Origin: an uncultured Chloroflexia bacterium
GTDB taxonomy: Bacteria > Chloroflexota > Dehalococcoidia > DSTF01 > JALHUB01
Direction: 5' to 3'
Length of the DNA stretch: 64,000 nucleotides
NCBI GenBank assembly: GCA_963703345.1
Contig: OY969814.1
Span: forward strand, 224,001 to 288,000
The notes under the pieces are model-generated. The model was not told the origin of the DNA. It did not search any database and worked only from the letters and a program-made list of their open reading frames with translations. Position 1 is the first letter of the stretch. Every line of letters starts with the position of its first letter. The position numbers and the translations under genes were made by a program. Shown piece after piece: positions 8,617-19,943 of the stretch.

Positions 8617-9903
8617 ATGACTGTCACTACATCTGAAGTTCGAGCAAAGGGCGAGGCGGCAAAGGCCACGGCGCGTCGCATGGCGGCGCTGTCCACGGAC
8701 GCCAAGAACGCGGCGCTCCACGCTATCGCCGACGCGCTGCTGGCGCACGAGCGGGAGATCATCGCGGCGAACCAGGCGGACTACGCCGAGGGCAAGCAGG
8801 CCGGCCTCAGCGACGAGATGCTGGAGCGCATGATGCTCGACCACGCCCGCGTCGAAGGCATCGCCGCCGATACGCGGAACGTGGCGAAGCTGCCGGACCC
8901 GGTCGGCGAGCGCTTCGACCTGACGATTCGCCCCAACGGGCTGGTCATCGGCAAGATGCGGGTGCCTATCGGCGTCATCGGCGCCATCTTCGAGAGCCGG
9001 CCGAACGTGGCGGTGGACATCGCGTCGCTGTGCCTGAAGTCGGGCAACGCCTGCTTGCTGCGCGGCGGCGAGGAGTGCGCGCGGTCGAACACGCTGCTGG
9101 GGCGCATCACGGCGGAGGCGGCGACGAAGGCGGGCGTGCCGGAAGGGGCGATCCAGCTCGTCGAATCGCTGGACCGGGCGCTGGTGCGCGAGATGCTGAA
9201 GATGAACGACGTCATCGACCTGCTGATCCCACGCGGCGGGCCGGGCCTGGTGTCGATGGTGCGGGAGAACGCGACGATGCCGGTGGTATCCGCGGCGGCG
9301 GGCGTCTGCCACACGTACGTCGACAAGGCGGCGGACCTGGCGATGGCGGTGAACATCGTCAACAACGCCAAGACGCGCCGCCCGACGATCTGCAACGCGC
9401 TGGAGTGCCTGCTGGTGCACCGCGACGTGGCGGAGGCGTTCCTGCCGCAGATAGCGTCGAAGTGGTCGGAGAAAGGCGTCGAGATGCGCTGCGACCCGAC
9501 GGCGCTGAGCATCCTGCAGAAGTCGGACGGGTCGAAGGGCTGGAAGACGGTGCCCGCGTCGCCGGACGACTTCGGCAAGGAGTTCCTGACGTTCATCGCG
9601 GCCGTCAAGGTCGTCGATTCGCCCGAGGAGGCGATGGCGCACATCGCGCGCTACGGCTCGGGCCACTCGGAGGCGATTGTGACGTCGGACTGGCCGACGG
9701 CGGAGCGCTTCCTGTCGGAGGTCGACGCGGCGGCGGTGTACCACAACGCGAGCACGCAGTTCACGGACGGCGCGCAGTTCGGGCTGGGCGCGGAGATCGG
9801 GATATCGACGCAGAAGATGCACGCGCGCGGGCCGATGGCGCTGAAGGAGCTGACGACGTATAAGTGGGTGATCCTGGGAAACGGCCAGATTCGCCCATCG
9901 TAG
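8617..9903 (+). CDS. proA: gamma-glutamyl phosphate reductase
   Basis: VPIGVIGAIFESRPNV, LIPRGG, CNALE, SGHSEAI, NASTQFTDG, GISTQKMHARGPM. Confidence 0.97.
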   Translation: MTVTTSEVRAKGEAAKATARRMAALSTDAKNAALHAIADALLAHEREIIAANQADYAEGKQAGLSDEMLERMMLDHARVEGIAADTRNVAKLPDPVGERFDLTIRPNGLVIGKMRVPIGVIGAIFESRPNVAVDIASLCLKSGNACLLRGGEECARSNTLLGRITAEAATKAGVPEGAIQLVESLDRALVREMLKMNDVIDLLIPRGGPGLVSMVRENATMPVVSAAAGVCHTYVDKAADLAMAVNIVNNAKTRRPTICNALECLLVHRDVAEAFLPQIASKWSEKGVEMRCDPTALSILQKSDGSKGWKTVPASPDDFGKEFLTFIAAVKVVDSPEEAMAHIARYGSGHSEAIVTSDWPTAERFLSEVDAAAVYHNASTQFTDGAQFGLGAEIGISTQKMHARGPMALKELTTYKWVILGNGQIRPS

Positions 9904-9931
9904 ACACGCCCGTAATAGCAAGGAGGAAAGG

Positions 9932-10282
9932 ATGCCGGACTACTACTTCGAGCGGGAGTGCCGGACGTCGCACTCGGAATCGTTCTTGATCGAAGCCGAC
10001 GGCGCCGACCTGGGGCGCGTCGACCTGCATTACACGCTGGGCGTCACCTACGCCACGCTGTGCGTCCCCACCGGCACGTCGGAGGACGACATCCAGGAGC
10101 TCATCTCGGAGATCGACGAGCGGCTGGTGATGACCAACGACCCCTACCGCGAGGACTTCATCGTGACCGTGTGGGCCGGCCAGGAGCTGGGCGTGTACTC
10201 CGAAGAGGAGGAGGAAGAAGAGGACGAGGAGGAGGAAGAAGACGAGGAGGAGGAAGCGGAAGGGAACGGCCACCGGGACTAG
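9932..10282 (+). CDS. small acidic protein with poly-Glu/Asp tail
   Basis: AGGAGG RBS; host-like codon usage; EEEEEEEDEEEEEDEEEE tail. Confidence 0.8.
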   Translation: MPDYYFERECRTSHSESFLIEADGADLGRVDLHYTLGVTYATLCVPTGTSEDDIQELISEIDERLVMTNDPYREDFIVTVWAGQELGVYSEEEEEEEDEEEEEDEEEEAEGNGHRD

Positions 10283-10330
10283 CCAGACCGGTGAGCCACG
10301 GAATGCAACCGGAGAACGCTTCTTTGCCGC

Positions 10331-11706
<1,376 letters not shown>

Positions 11707-11957
11707 CGGCGCGTCTCCTTCGTGATGCGAGTGATGTGGTTGGTCATGAGTCCGACCCTGGCCCATAGTATATAGCACGCGCCGCGCTATCGGCTGCGGG
11801 CGGTTGGCTCAACGCGGATTCGAGGCTAATCGACCGCGTATAATTGCAGCTATGCTGGGTCTCAGGTTCGGATTCTCAATCTGGGTGAGACGCCCGACCT
11901 ACGCGACTGCGATGGTCGGGGTCGCCACGACGAACGTTGGCTTGAGTCCGTCGGCCT

Positions 11958-12887
11958 CTAGCGGGGCAGGGGGCGAGGCTCCGTGTAGCGGCCGTCGTCG
12001 GGCTCCAGGTGGATCGTGACTTCGGCGCCGGGCAACCGCTCGACTATCTCCCGCTCGATCCGGTCGCAGATTTCGTGCATCTCCCGCACGCTCTTGCTCG
12101 CCTCGACGATGAGGTGCAGCTCCACGTAGCGCTCCCGCCCTGAGCGGCGCGAGCGCAGCTTGTGAAAGCCTCGAACGTCGCCGGGATAACGCTGGATGGT
12201 CTCCAGGACGACGTCTTCTTCCTCCGTCGGCAATCGCACGTCCATGATCTGCCGCGAGGCGGCGAGGGCGATGCGGATCGCGGAGAAAATGAGGAAGGCG
12301 CTCAGCATCAGGGCGACGACAGCGTCGAACTCGCGCCTGCCGGTCAGGCCGACGAGGGCGAGGGCAACGACCACGGCGGCGGCTTGGCCCAGGTTCGTCC
12401 AGAGGTGTCGGGTGCCGGCGGCCAGCGCCAGGGAGCCGGTCGCGCGGGCGGCTCTCGAAACGTAGAAGGCGACGCCCAGGTTGACGGCGCCGGTTATCGC
12501 CATGGCGACGATGCCGAGGCCGATGTCGATCTTCGCCTCGCCAACGACGAGCCGGTGCAGCGCCTGGTAGAAGATGAAGAAGCCGCCGATGGCGATGAGG
12601 AGCGCTTCGATGGCCGCGGCAATTCCTTCCGCTTTGCCGTGGCCGTAGGGATGCTCCAGGTCGGCGGGCTTCGCTGAGAGCCGGACGCTCCAGAGGTCGA
12701 ATGAAGAGGCGCCGATATCCTCGCCGCTGTCCACGGCGTCGGAGAGAACGGCGATGCTCCCGGTCATGATCCCCACGACGAGCTTCAGCACGAGAACGAC
12801 GCTGTTGGAGATTACAGGGACGACGGCCGCGCGCGATGCGGGGTCGTCCAGGAAGGCGGGCCGTCGGCGGATCAACGGCAGGCTCAC
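11958..12887 (-). CDS. cation diffusion facilitator transporter
   Basis: GSIAVLSDA, PADLEHPYGHGKAE, six TM segments, C-terminal TIHLEP. Confidence 0.92.
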   Translation of the reverse strand: MSLPLIRRRPAFLDDPASRAAVVPVISNSVVLVLKLVVGIMTGSIAVLSDAVDSGEDIGASSFDLWSVRLSAKPADLEHPYGHGKAEGIAAAIEALLIAIGGFFIFYQALHRLVVGEAKIDIGLGIVAMAITGAVNLGVAFYVSRAARATGSLALAAGTRHLWTNLGQAAAVVVALALVGLTGRREFDAVVALMLSAFLIFSAIRIALAASRQIMDVRLPTEEEDVVLETIQRYPGDVRGFHKLRSRRSGRERYVELHLIVEASKSVREMHEICDRIEREIVERLPGAEVTIHLEPDDGRYTEPRPLPR

Positions 12888-13918
12888 CGCGAGAGGTCTC
12901 CTTCCTCCAGCTCGGCAAGAGGCGGCGCTGAGGGCGCGGGCGCGGCTCTGAGGGCGGCGCGGGCGCTAATGCGTCGCGTGGTGATGGCGAGGACGGCGAG
13001 GCCGACGAAGACGCCGAACCAGAGCGTCGTGAAGCGTATTATCAGCGCGGCCAGGGTGGCCACGCTCTTGCTCATACCTTCGACCATAACCTGCAAGAGG
13101 CCGGTGATGCCGCCTTCGGCCACGCCGAGGCCGCCCGGAGCGATGATGATGACGGCGCCCGCGAGCGTGGAGATGGGCAGGATGAACGCCGCCTTCAGGA
13201 GCAGCATGCCGGAGCCGTGGTAGCCGAGGCCGGTGAGGACGAGGTAGAAAGCCACGACTTCGCCGCCCCAGGAGATGAAGCTCAGGAACGTCGTGAGGAT
13301 CAGGCTCCAGGGCTCGAAGAGGACGTAAGTGGTCTCGTAAAACTCCTCGACGCGGGTGGCGAAGCGCGAAAGCACCGGCGCGCGCTCGGCGGCGTGGAGG
13401 ATGGCGCGCATGGTTGGACGGTGGCGCGTCACGACCATGGCCACGACGCAGATGAGGACGACGACCACGAACACCTCCCACGCCTCGCCGAAGACGATAA
13501 AGCCGGCGACGGCCAGCAGCAAGAGGGCGACGCTATCGGTAAAGCGCTCGGCGAGAAGGATGGGCGCGGTGCGCAGGAAGGGAATGCCGCGCATCTCCTG
13601 CAGCAGGTAGCTCTTCAGCCATTCGCCGAACTTCCCCGGCGTAATGACCATCGCCAGGCCGGAGAAGAAGGCCAGGAAGCTCTCCGTCTTCGACACGTCG
13701 TGGATGCCGATCTGATGCAGGTAGAAGTGCCATTTGATGAAGCGGATGACGTAGTTGCACATGGAGAGCGCCAGGAGCAGCGGCAGGAGCTCCCAGCGAA
13801 AGTCGCCCAGGCGTCCCAAGATGTCAGAGAAGTCGCCGTAGGCCATGAGGGCGACGACTACGATCATTCCGAGCAGGAGAGACAGGATGAACTTGCCGCG
13901 GAGATTCTTCAGGGTCAA
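12884..13918 (-). CDS. lysylphosphatidylglycerol synthase TM / flippase-like membrane protein
   Basis: TPGKFGE, ERFTD, PGGLGVAE, IRFTTLW motifs; polytopic. Confidence 0.85.
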   Translation of the reverse strand: MTLKNLRGKFILSLLLGMIVVVALMAYGDFSDILGRLGDFRWELLPLLLALSMCNYVIRFIKWHFYLHQIGIHDVSKTESFLAFFSGLAMVITPGKFGEWLKSYLLQEMRGIPFLRTAPILLAERFTDSVALLLLAVAGFIVFGEAWEVFVVVVLICVVAMVVTRHRPTMRAILHAAERAPVLSRFATRVEEFYETTYVLFEPWSLILTTFLSFISWGGEVVAFYLVLTGLGYHGSGMLLLKAAFILPISTLAGAVIIIAPGGLGVAEGGITGLLQVMVEGMSKSVATLAALIIRFTTLWFGVFVGLAVLAITTRRISARAALRAAPAPSAPPLAELEEGDLSR

Positions 13919-13945
13919 AAGGGCATCCTCTCCGATGGAGGGTCT

Positions 13946-15034
13946 TTAATAGCTCTGGAAGAGCTTCCCCCATTCAGTCTGGAGGGCCTGCTTTACTCTC
14001 TTTCGACCGACGAGAGGGTACCAGAAGTAGTTGTAATACACGTTGGAGGCGAAGAACGCCCAGGGGACTATCGGCGTGCGGAGCAGGAGCTTCTCGAAAG
14101 GCTTGAGGGGGCCCCAGTAGATCAGCTTCTGGCCGCGACTGGCGAACGTATCCTCGTCGCTGCGAAAGCCGAAGTTGATGCCGTCGATGTCCATGCCGAC
14201 GATATCGATCTTGCTTGGGTCGCCGCAGCCGAGGCCGCGCTCGTGAGCGAGACGGATGAATTTGAGGGAGAGCGGGTCGAAGCCCATCAGCTTCGCGGCC
14301 ACAGCGTCGATGGCGACCTGGTCGGCGCTGGCGAGGAGGAGGTTCTTGACGTGAGGTCGCATGGCGCGGGGGCCCGGGCCGTCGCCGGCGATGGTGCCGT
14401 CCATGACGGCAAAGATGCCGGGGTGAATCTCCTTCTGGATCGTCAGCAGGTCGACCAGCGTCTCGTGGATGACGGAGTGGGTCCAGTGGCGTCGATAGCT
14501 GAGCAGGCCGCCGAATGCGTTCTTCATCGCGCCGGTCGTGGTTGTGAAGACGTGGGTCTTGAGCGTGGGCAGGTGGATGACGTTCTTGCCGATGAGGGCC
14601 TGCGGGACCTTGATGCCGTCGGGGAATACTTTGTCGAGGACGAGCATCTCGCCCTTCGGCTTGTAGTCGACCCAGACGGCGTCTTTGTCGGTGAGGTGGA
14701 CGCTCTTGAGGCCGTAGCGGTCGAGGACGGCCTTGTGCTTGTTCCTGACCTCGCCGTCATGAGAGTCGACAACGACGGTGCCGTTCTGGGCGGGCATAAT
14801 CCCGTCATAGCCGTCGCGGAGAAGCGTGCGGACAACGCCTTCGAGTTGCCAGGGCGTTGTGGAGCAGCCCGGGTAGTAGTGCTGCCAGGAGATGTTGATC
14901 TTGAGAACGGTCTCGACGTCGCGCGGCAGGGCGCCCATCGAACCGGCGATGTGCATTACGTGTGCAATGTCGTCGAGGACAGTCGGCGCGCTCGTGTAGA
15001 CGACGGCTACGCGAGAGCGTGATTCTGCTGTCAT
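13946..15034 (-). CDS. DUF362 family protein
   Basis: LKINISW, LPTLKTH..TTGAMKNAFG, DGTIAGDGPGP, SADQVAID. Confidence 0.85.
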   Translation of the reverse strand: MTAESRSRVAVVYTSAPTVLDDIAHVMHIAGSMGALPRDVETVLKINISWQHYYPGCSTTPWQLEGVVRTLLRDGYDGIMPAQNGTVVVDSHDGEVRNKHKAVLDRYGLKSVHLTDKDAVWVDYKPKGEMLVLDKVFPDGIKVPQALIGKNVIHLPTLKTHVFTTTTGAMKNAFGGLLSYRRHWTHSVIHETLVDLLTIQKEIHPGIFAVMDGTIAGDGPGPRAMRPHVKNLLLASADQVAIDAVAAKLMGFDPLSLKFIRLAHERGLGCGDPSKIDIVGMDIDGINFGFRSDEDTFASRGQKLIYWGPLKPFEKLLLRTPIVPWAFFASNVYYNYFWYPLVGRKRVKQALQTEWGKLFQSY

Positions 15035-15249
15035 GATTGTCCTTCTGGTTTCTCCGGCGCCGGCGTCGGCCCCGGTAAGGTGAGCAATCGTACGGCTATT
15101 ATAAGGCGGCGGCTGATTCGGCGTCTATTGTGGGCGGCTGGTCAGTGGTTGCCTTGACAAGCCGCCAAGGGCTTCTGTAAAGTTGATGAAGCTAATGCTC
15201 GACAGGGACCGGCGGCGGAAGCCGGTTTCTGCGCTAATGGAGGCAACAC

Positions 15250-16173
15250 GTGACGCAAGAACCGGAAACGCAAGAACCCCTGCAGGTCGAGGAGCCGCAG
15301 AAGGCGGCGGAAAAGGCGCCATCGCCGCCACCGCGCGGCGCAGTGACCCTTCCTCCTCTCATCATGCAGTTCATCGTCGGAGTGGCGGCGGCGATTGCCG
15401 TCGTCGCGGTAGCGGCGGGAATCAACCACGCCTGGCCGATCTTCGGATCCGGCTCGTCGGGAGGGACGCAGGTAACGGCGCCGCTACCAACGGCCGCGGC
15501 GAACCCAACGCCCTCCTACCTCACTGCCGAGAAGTTCCGTGAGGCCACGCCGGTCACAATCGACATCGCCGACGCGCCGACGCAGGGGCCGAAAGACGCC
15601 AAGGTGACGATTGTCGAGTTCTCCGACTTCGAGTGCCCGTACTGCGACAGGTTCGTCACCCAAACGCTGCCGTCGATCTTGAAGAACTACGGCGACAAAG
15701 TCCAGTTCGCTTTCCGGAACTACCCTCTGCCGGCAACCATGCATCCTTACGCAGAGAAGGCCGCCGAGGCGGGCGAGTGCGCGAATGACCAGGGCGCCTT
15801 CTGGCAGTTCCACGATCTGGCCTTCCAGAACCAGACGGCGCTGGCGGGAATGGTGCAGGCGGACGCGACGAATGGCGTGAACCAGGTAGTGGCGCAGCTC
15901 AAGCAGTACGCGACCACGATGAAACTGGACACCAACGCCTTCAATAGCTGTCTCGACTCAGGCGCAGACAAGGCGAAGGTCGATTCCGATATGAAGGCCA
16001 TGAGCGATGCGATGTCGGAGGCGGGCGTATCCAGCTTTGGAACGCCTTCGTTCTTCATCAACGGTAAGTTCGTGAGCGGCGCCTACCCTTACGACAGCAG
16101 CGCATCGGGCTACGCGGACGGGATGTTCACGTTCCAGCAGGCGATCGACGACTCTCTGGCGGCGGCCCAGTAG
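15250..16173 (+). CDS. membrane-anchored DsbA-like thioredoxin-fold protein
   Basis: TM helix, EFSDFECPYC, GTPSFFING. Confidence 0.9.
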   Translation: MTQEPETQEPLQVEEPQKAAEKAPSPPPRGAVTLPPLIMQFIVGVAAAIAVVAVAAGINHAWPIFGSGSSGGTQVTAPLPTAAANPTPSYLTAEKFREATPVTIDIADAPTQGPKDAKVTIVEFSDFECPYCDRFVTQTLPSILKNYGDKVQFAFRNYPLPATMHPYAEKAAEAGECANDQGAFWQFHDLAFQNQTALAGMVQADATNGVNQVVAQLKQYATTMKLDTNAFNSCLDSGADKAKVDSDMKAMSDAMSEAGVSSFGTPSFFINGKFVSGAYPYDSSASGYADGMFTFQQAIDDSLAAAQ

Positions 16174-16204
16174 CAGCGAAGAAGATAGCAGCTAAATCGG
16201 GCGG

Positions 16205-16425
16205 CTAGGAAAGGGCGATATCGCCACTCTTGCCGCCCGATTTCTTTAGCAAGCGCACGCCCTCGATTCGGATCCCGCGCTCCACGGCCTTGCACATGTC
16301 GTAGACGTGAGGCGGCAACGACGACGGCCGTCAGCGCTTCCATCTCCACACCCGTCTTCCCCGTGCAGCGGTCGGTGACGGAGATGCGCAGGTAGTCGAT
16401 GCGGCGTCCGCAGGCGTCGAAAAAC
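16205..16425 (-). pseudogene. moaA'-'moaC fusion remnant
   Basis: DACGRRIDYLRISVTDRC (MoaA N-terminus) joined to [14 protein letters not shown] and, after a frameshift, YDMCKAV...[11 protein letters not shown] (MoaC C-terminus). Confidence 0.88.
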
Positions 16426-16434
16426 GTGGACGCC

Positions 16435-17049
16435 TCAGGAGCTTCTCGCGGTCTCACGAAGCATCTCCCTGAGGACGGCGCAGGCCTGGCGGGCGGCGTC
16501 GGCGCGGTGGCTGATGGCATTCTTCTCGTCGGCTGTCAGCTCGGCCATCGTGCGGCCGAGCTGCGGCAGGTAGAAGACGGGGTCGTAGCCGAAGCCGTGA
16601 TGGCCGCGCGGCTCTTCCGTGATGACGCCCGGGCATTCGCCTTCGAAGAAGCAGACAGCGCCGTCGGGCGAGGCGAGGGCGATGAAGCAGCGGAAGCGGG
16701 CACCTCTCTTCTCCGGCGGGACGTCCTTCATCTGCGCCAGGACGAGCTCGACGCCCTGCTCGTCCGTCTGGTCGGGGCCGGCATAACGAGCGGAAGAGGG
16801 ACCGGGCCGCCCGCCCAGCGCCTCGACCTCCAGGCCCGAGTCGTCGGCGAGGGTGAGGAGGCCGCTGGCCGCCGCGAAGGCTTCGGCCTTGATACGCGCG
16901 TTGTCGGCGTAGTCGCTGCCGCTCTCCTCGACGGATAGGTTTAGCCCAAGCTCAGCGGGGCTGACCAACTGCCAGCCGCAGCCCCGGAGGAGGGCGCCGT
17001 ATTCCGCCAGCTTACCGGCGTTGTTGGTGGCGATGAGCAGTTGCGGCAA
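16435..17049 (-). CDS. rdgB: non-canonical purine NTP pyrophosphatase (RdgB/HAM1)
   Basis: IATNNAGK, ADDSGLEV, GFGYDPVF, KNAISHR; start may be TTG 17049 or ATG 17091. Confidence 0.95.
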   Translation of the reverse strand: MPQLLIATNNAGKLAEYGALLRGCGWQLVSPAELGLNLSVEESGSDYADNARIKAEAFAAASGLLTLADDSGLEVEALGGRPGPSSARYAGPDQTDEQGVELVLAQMKDVPPEKRGARFRCFIALASPDGAVCFFEGECPGVITEEPRGHHGFGYDPVFYLPQLGRTMAELTADEKNAISHRADAARQACAVLREMLRETARSS

Positions 17050-17227
17050 GGGAGTCGTTTTTGCTTTCGACGAGGTCAGTGCTAAGTCCATGCTAGCGAT
17101 TGGACGCCAAACGTGTCAAACGATGCGCTCCTTCGCCTGCCGGAAAGCGCTTGTCGATTTCCCTGTGCTATAATCTTGGCGGTTTCCATTGAACCTCCAG
17201 AAACGCTCCCAGAGGCCCGCACTCCCG

Positions 17228-18562
17228 ATGGACTATCACCAGGCGCTGGAATACCTCCTCAGTTTCACCGATTTTGAGCGCAGCGGCGGCTTTTCGCCCC
17301 GTCCGGACGTCCTACCGGTGCGGGAGTTGTTGCGGCGACTCGGCGAGCCCCAAGAGGGGCGGCTGACGGTGCACGTCGCCGGCAGCAAGGGCAAGGGCAG
17401 CACGGCGGCAATGATCGCTTCCATCCTGCGGGCGAGCGGTTTGAAGGTGGGGCTGTATACGAGCCCGCACCTCCACAGTATCTGCGAGCGGTTCCGTCTC
17501 GACGGCGAGCCGATCTCGCGGCAGGCGTTCGCGCGCCACGCCGCGATGCTGCCGGAGGCGCTGGCGGCGGTGAACCGCGAGCTGCCGCAGCGGACGCTGG
17601 TCACATTCGATCTGTTGACGGCGATGGCGTTCCTGGCCTTCGCCGAGGCGCGGGCGGACGTGCAGGTGGTGGAGACGGGTCTCGGCGGCCGCGTCGACTC
17701 GACGAACGCGATGGAACGGAAGGAGGTTTGCGTCATCACGTCGCTGAGCCTGGAGCACCAGGCTATCCTGGGCGACACGCTGACGCAGATCGCGGCGGAG
17801 AAGGCGGGGATAGTGACGCCGGGCGCACGCGTCGTGCTGGCGAGCCAGCAGGAGGCCGTCGGCGGCGTCATTCGCCGCGCCTGCCAGGAGCGCGGGGCGG
17901 CTCTCGTCGAAGCAGACCGCGCTTGCAGCTTCGAGCGGCGCTGCGCCGGCATCGAGGGGCAGGAGCTGAGGCTGCGGACGCCGCAGGGAGAATACGATCT
18001 GTGGCTGCCGCTCCTGGGACCGCATCAGGCGGAGAACGCGGTGGCCGCCGTGCTGGCGGTCGAGGCGCTGCGGGACTGGGGCGTCGAAGTCTCGCCGGAG
18101 GAAGTCCGCGAAGGCCTGGCGAAGGTGCGCTGGCCGGGGCGCCTCGAGGTGCTGCGGCGCGAGCCACTGCTCCTGGCGGACGGGGCTCACAACGAAGAGT
18201 CGGCGCGGAGGCTGCGCGAGACGCTGATGGACGACCTGGGCTTCAGGGAGGCGACTTTTGTGGTCGGCGTGTCGAAGGACAAGGACACCATCGGGATGGA
18301 GCGCCAACTACGGCCGATGGCGAAACGGCTGATCGCGACGAGCTCGCGCCACCCCCGAGCCCTGGAGGCGGAGCAAGTGGCGGCGGCGTTCTCGCTGGAC
18401 GGCGTGCGGGCGTCGCCGGTGGCGTCGGTGTCAAGCGCTGTCGACGCGGCGCTGGCGGAAGCCGGACGCCAGGAGCTGATCTGCGTCGTCGGCTCGCTGT
18501 TCGTAGCGGCGGAGGCGCGGGCGCACGTCCTGGGCGTCGAGCATGAAGTGATCGGCGGTTGA
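17228..18562 (+). CDS. folC: folylpolyglutamate/dihydrofolate synthase
   Basis: HVAGSKGKGST, YTSPHL, ETGLGGRVDSTN, WPGRLE, DGAHN, GSLF. Confidence 0.95.
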   Translation: MDYHQALEYLLSFTDFERSGGFSPRPDVLPVRELLRRLGEPQEGRLTVHVAGSKGKGSTAAMIASILRASGLKVGLYTSPHLHSICERFRLDGEPISRQAFARHAAMLPEALAAVNRELPQRTLVTFDLLTAMAFLAFAEARADVQVVETGLGGRVDSTNAMERKEVCVITSLSLEHQAILGDTLTQIAAEKAGIVTPGARVVLASQQEAVGGVIRRACQERGAALVEADRACSFERRCAGIEGQELRLRTPQGEYDLWLPLLGPHQAENAVAAVLAVEALRDWGVEVSPEEVREGLAKVRWPGRLEVLRREPLLLADGAHNEESARRLRETLMDDLGFREATFVVGVSKDKDTIGMERQLRPMAKRLIATSSRHPRALEAEQVAAAFSLDGVRASPVASVSSAVDAALAEAGRQELICVVGSLFVAAEARAHVLGVEHEVIGG

Positions 18563-18617
18563 ACCGACATGGCAGTGGCTTTAGAATTCGAGATCGAGCG
18601 CGGGGCATGTGCGAATC

Positions 18618-18643
18618 TAGGGGGAGGACTTTAGTCCTCCCGC
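18618..18643. repeat. REP-like palindrome, copy 1
   Basis: TAGGGGGAGGACT-tt-AGTCCTCCCGC; related copy at 30247-30291. Confidence 0.5.
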
Positions 18644-18685
18644 TGCTTGCCAGGCCCCCTTGAAGCTAGAATGCAGGAATCGAGC

Positions 18686-19939
18686 ATGAACAACAATTCG
18701 GGACGTCGCGCGGTAATCACGGGCACGGGAGCGATAACGCCGCTTGGCCTGACGGTTGACGATTTCTGGCAGGGCTGCGTCGAAGGGCGCTCGGGCATCG
18801 TGCCGATCACGAAGTTCGATTGCAGCCGCTACCCGGTGCAGATCAACGGCGAAGTGCAGGGATTCGACGCGGCGAACTACATCGACTACAAGGAGTCGCG
18901 GCGGATGGCCCGCTTCACGCAATTCGCGGTGGCGGCGTCGCGGGAAGCGATAGCGAGCTCCGGCCTGCGGCTGGACGAGGAAGACAAGACGAGCATCGGC
19001 GTCCTTCTCGGCAACGGCAACGGCGGCTTCCCGAACACGGAGGACGCCATGCGAACGCTGGTCACGAAGGGCGGAATGCGCATCGACCCGTTCTATATTC
19101 TCAAGATGCTGCCTAACATGGCCGCCGCCACGGTCGCGCTCCAGTACGGCTTCCAGGGGTATAACAACACGGCGATCACGGCCTGCGCGGCGTCGACGCA
19201 GGCTATAGGCGAGGCGTTCGAGGTGGTGCGTCGCGGACGGGCTGAGGTGATGCTGACGGGCGGCACGGAAGCCGGCATCAGCGAGCTGGGGCTGGCGGGC
19301 TTCTGCGTCATGCGGGCGCTTTCGACACGCAACGATGAGCCGACGAAGGCGAGCCGCCCGTTCGACAAGGACCGCGACGGCTTCGTTTGCTCGGAAGGCG
19401 CGGCGATCCTGGTGCTGGAGAGCCTGGACCACGCCCAACGGCGCGGCGCGACGATACTGGGCGAGCTGGCAGGATACGGCGCTTCTTCGGACGCGCATCA
19501 CGTCGTGGCGCCGTGCGAGAACGGCGAGGGAGCGCAACTGGCGATGAGCCGGGCGCTGGCGGACGCGGGCCTGCGGCCGGAGGAGATCGACTACATCAAC
19601 GCGCACGGGACGTCGACGCTGCTGAACGACGTGGCGGAGACGCGCGGGATCAAGGCCGTCTTCGGCAAGCAGGCGTACAAGGTCCCGCTAAGCTCCACGA
19701 AGTCGATGATCGGCCACGTGCTCGGCGGGTCGGGAGCGCTGGAGGCGGTGGCGTGCGTCCAGACGCTGCGGACCGGCGTCATTCATCCCACGATCAACCT
19801 GGACAACCCGGACCCGGAGTGCGACCTGGACTACGTGCCGCACAAGTCGCGCAAAGCGGAGGTGCGGACCATTCTCAAGAACAGCTTCGGGTTTGGCGGG
19901 CAGAATGCCTGCCTGGTGTTCAAGAAGTTCGAGGAGTAG
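18686..19939 (+). CDS. fabF: beta-ketoacyl-ACP synthase II
   Basis: TACAAS, SRPFDKDRDGFV, INAHGTST, STKSMIGH, NSFGFGGQN. Confidence 0.97.
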   Translation: MNNNSGRRAVITGTGAITPLGLTVDDFWQGCVEGRSGIVPITKFDCSRYPVQINGEVQGFDAANYIDYKESRRMARFTQFAVAASREAIASSGLRLDEEDKTSIGVLLGNGNGGFPNTEDAMRTLVTKGGMRIDPFYILKMLPNMAAATVALQYGFQGYNNTAITACAASTQAIGEAFEVVRRGRAEVMLTGGTEAGISELGLAGFCVMRALSTRNDEPTKASRPFDKDRDGFVCSEGAAILVLESLDHAQRRGATILGELAGYGASSDAHHVVAPCENGEGAQLAMSRALADAGLRPEEIDYINAHGTSTLLNDVAETRGIKAVFGKQAYKVPLSSTKSMIGHVLGGSGALEAVACVQTLRTGVIHPTINLDNPDPECDLDYVPHKSRKAEVRTILKNSFGFGGQNACLVFKKFEE

Positions 19940-19943
19940 ACAA

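Noticed and set aside
11804-12019. Plus-strand ORF after TATAAT at 11839
   Set aside because: No recognisable protein; runs through a REP-like palindrome into the CDF gene.
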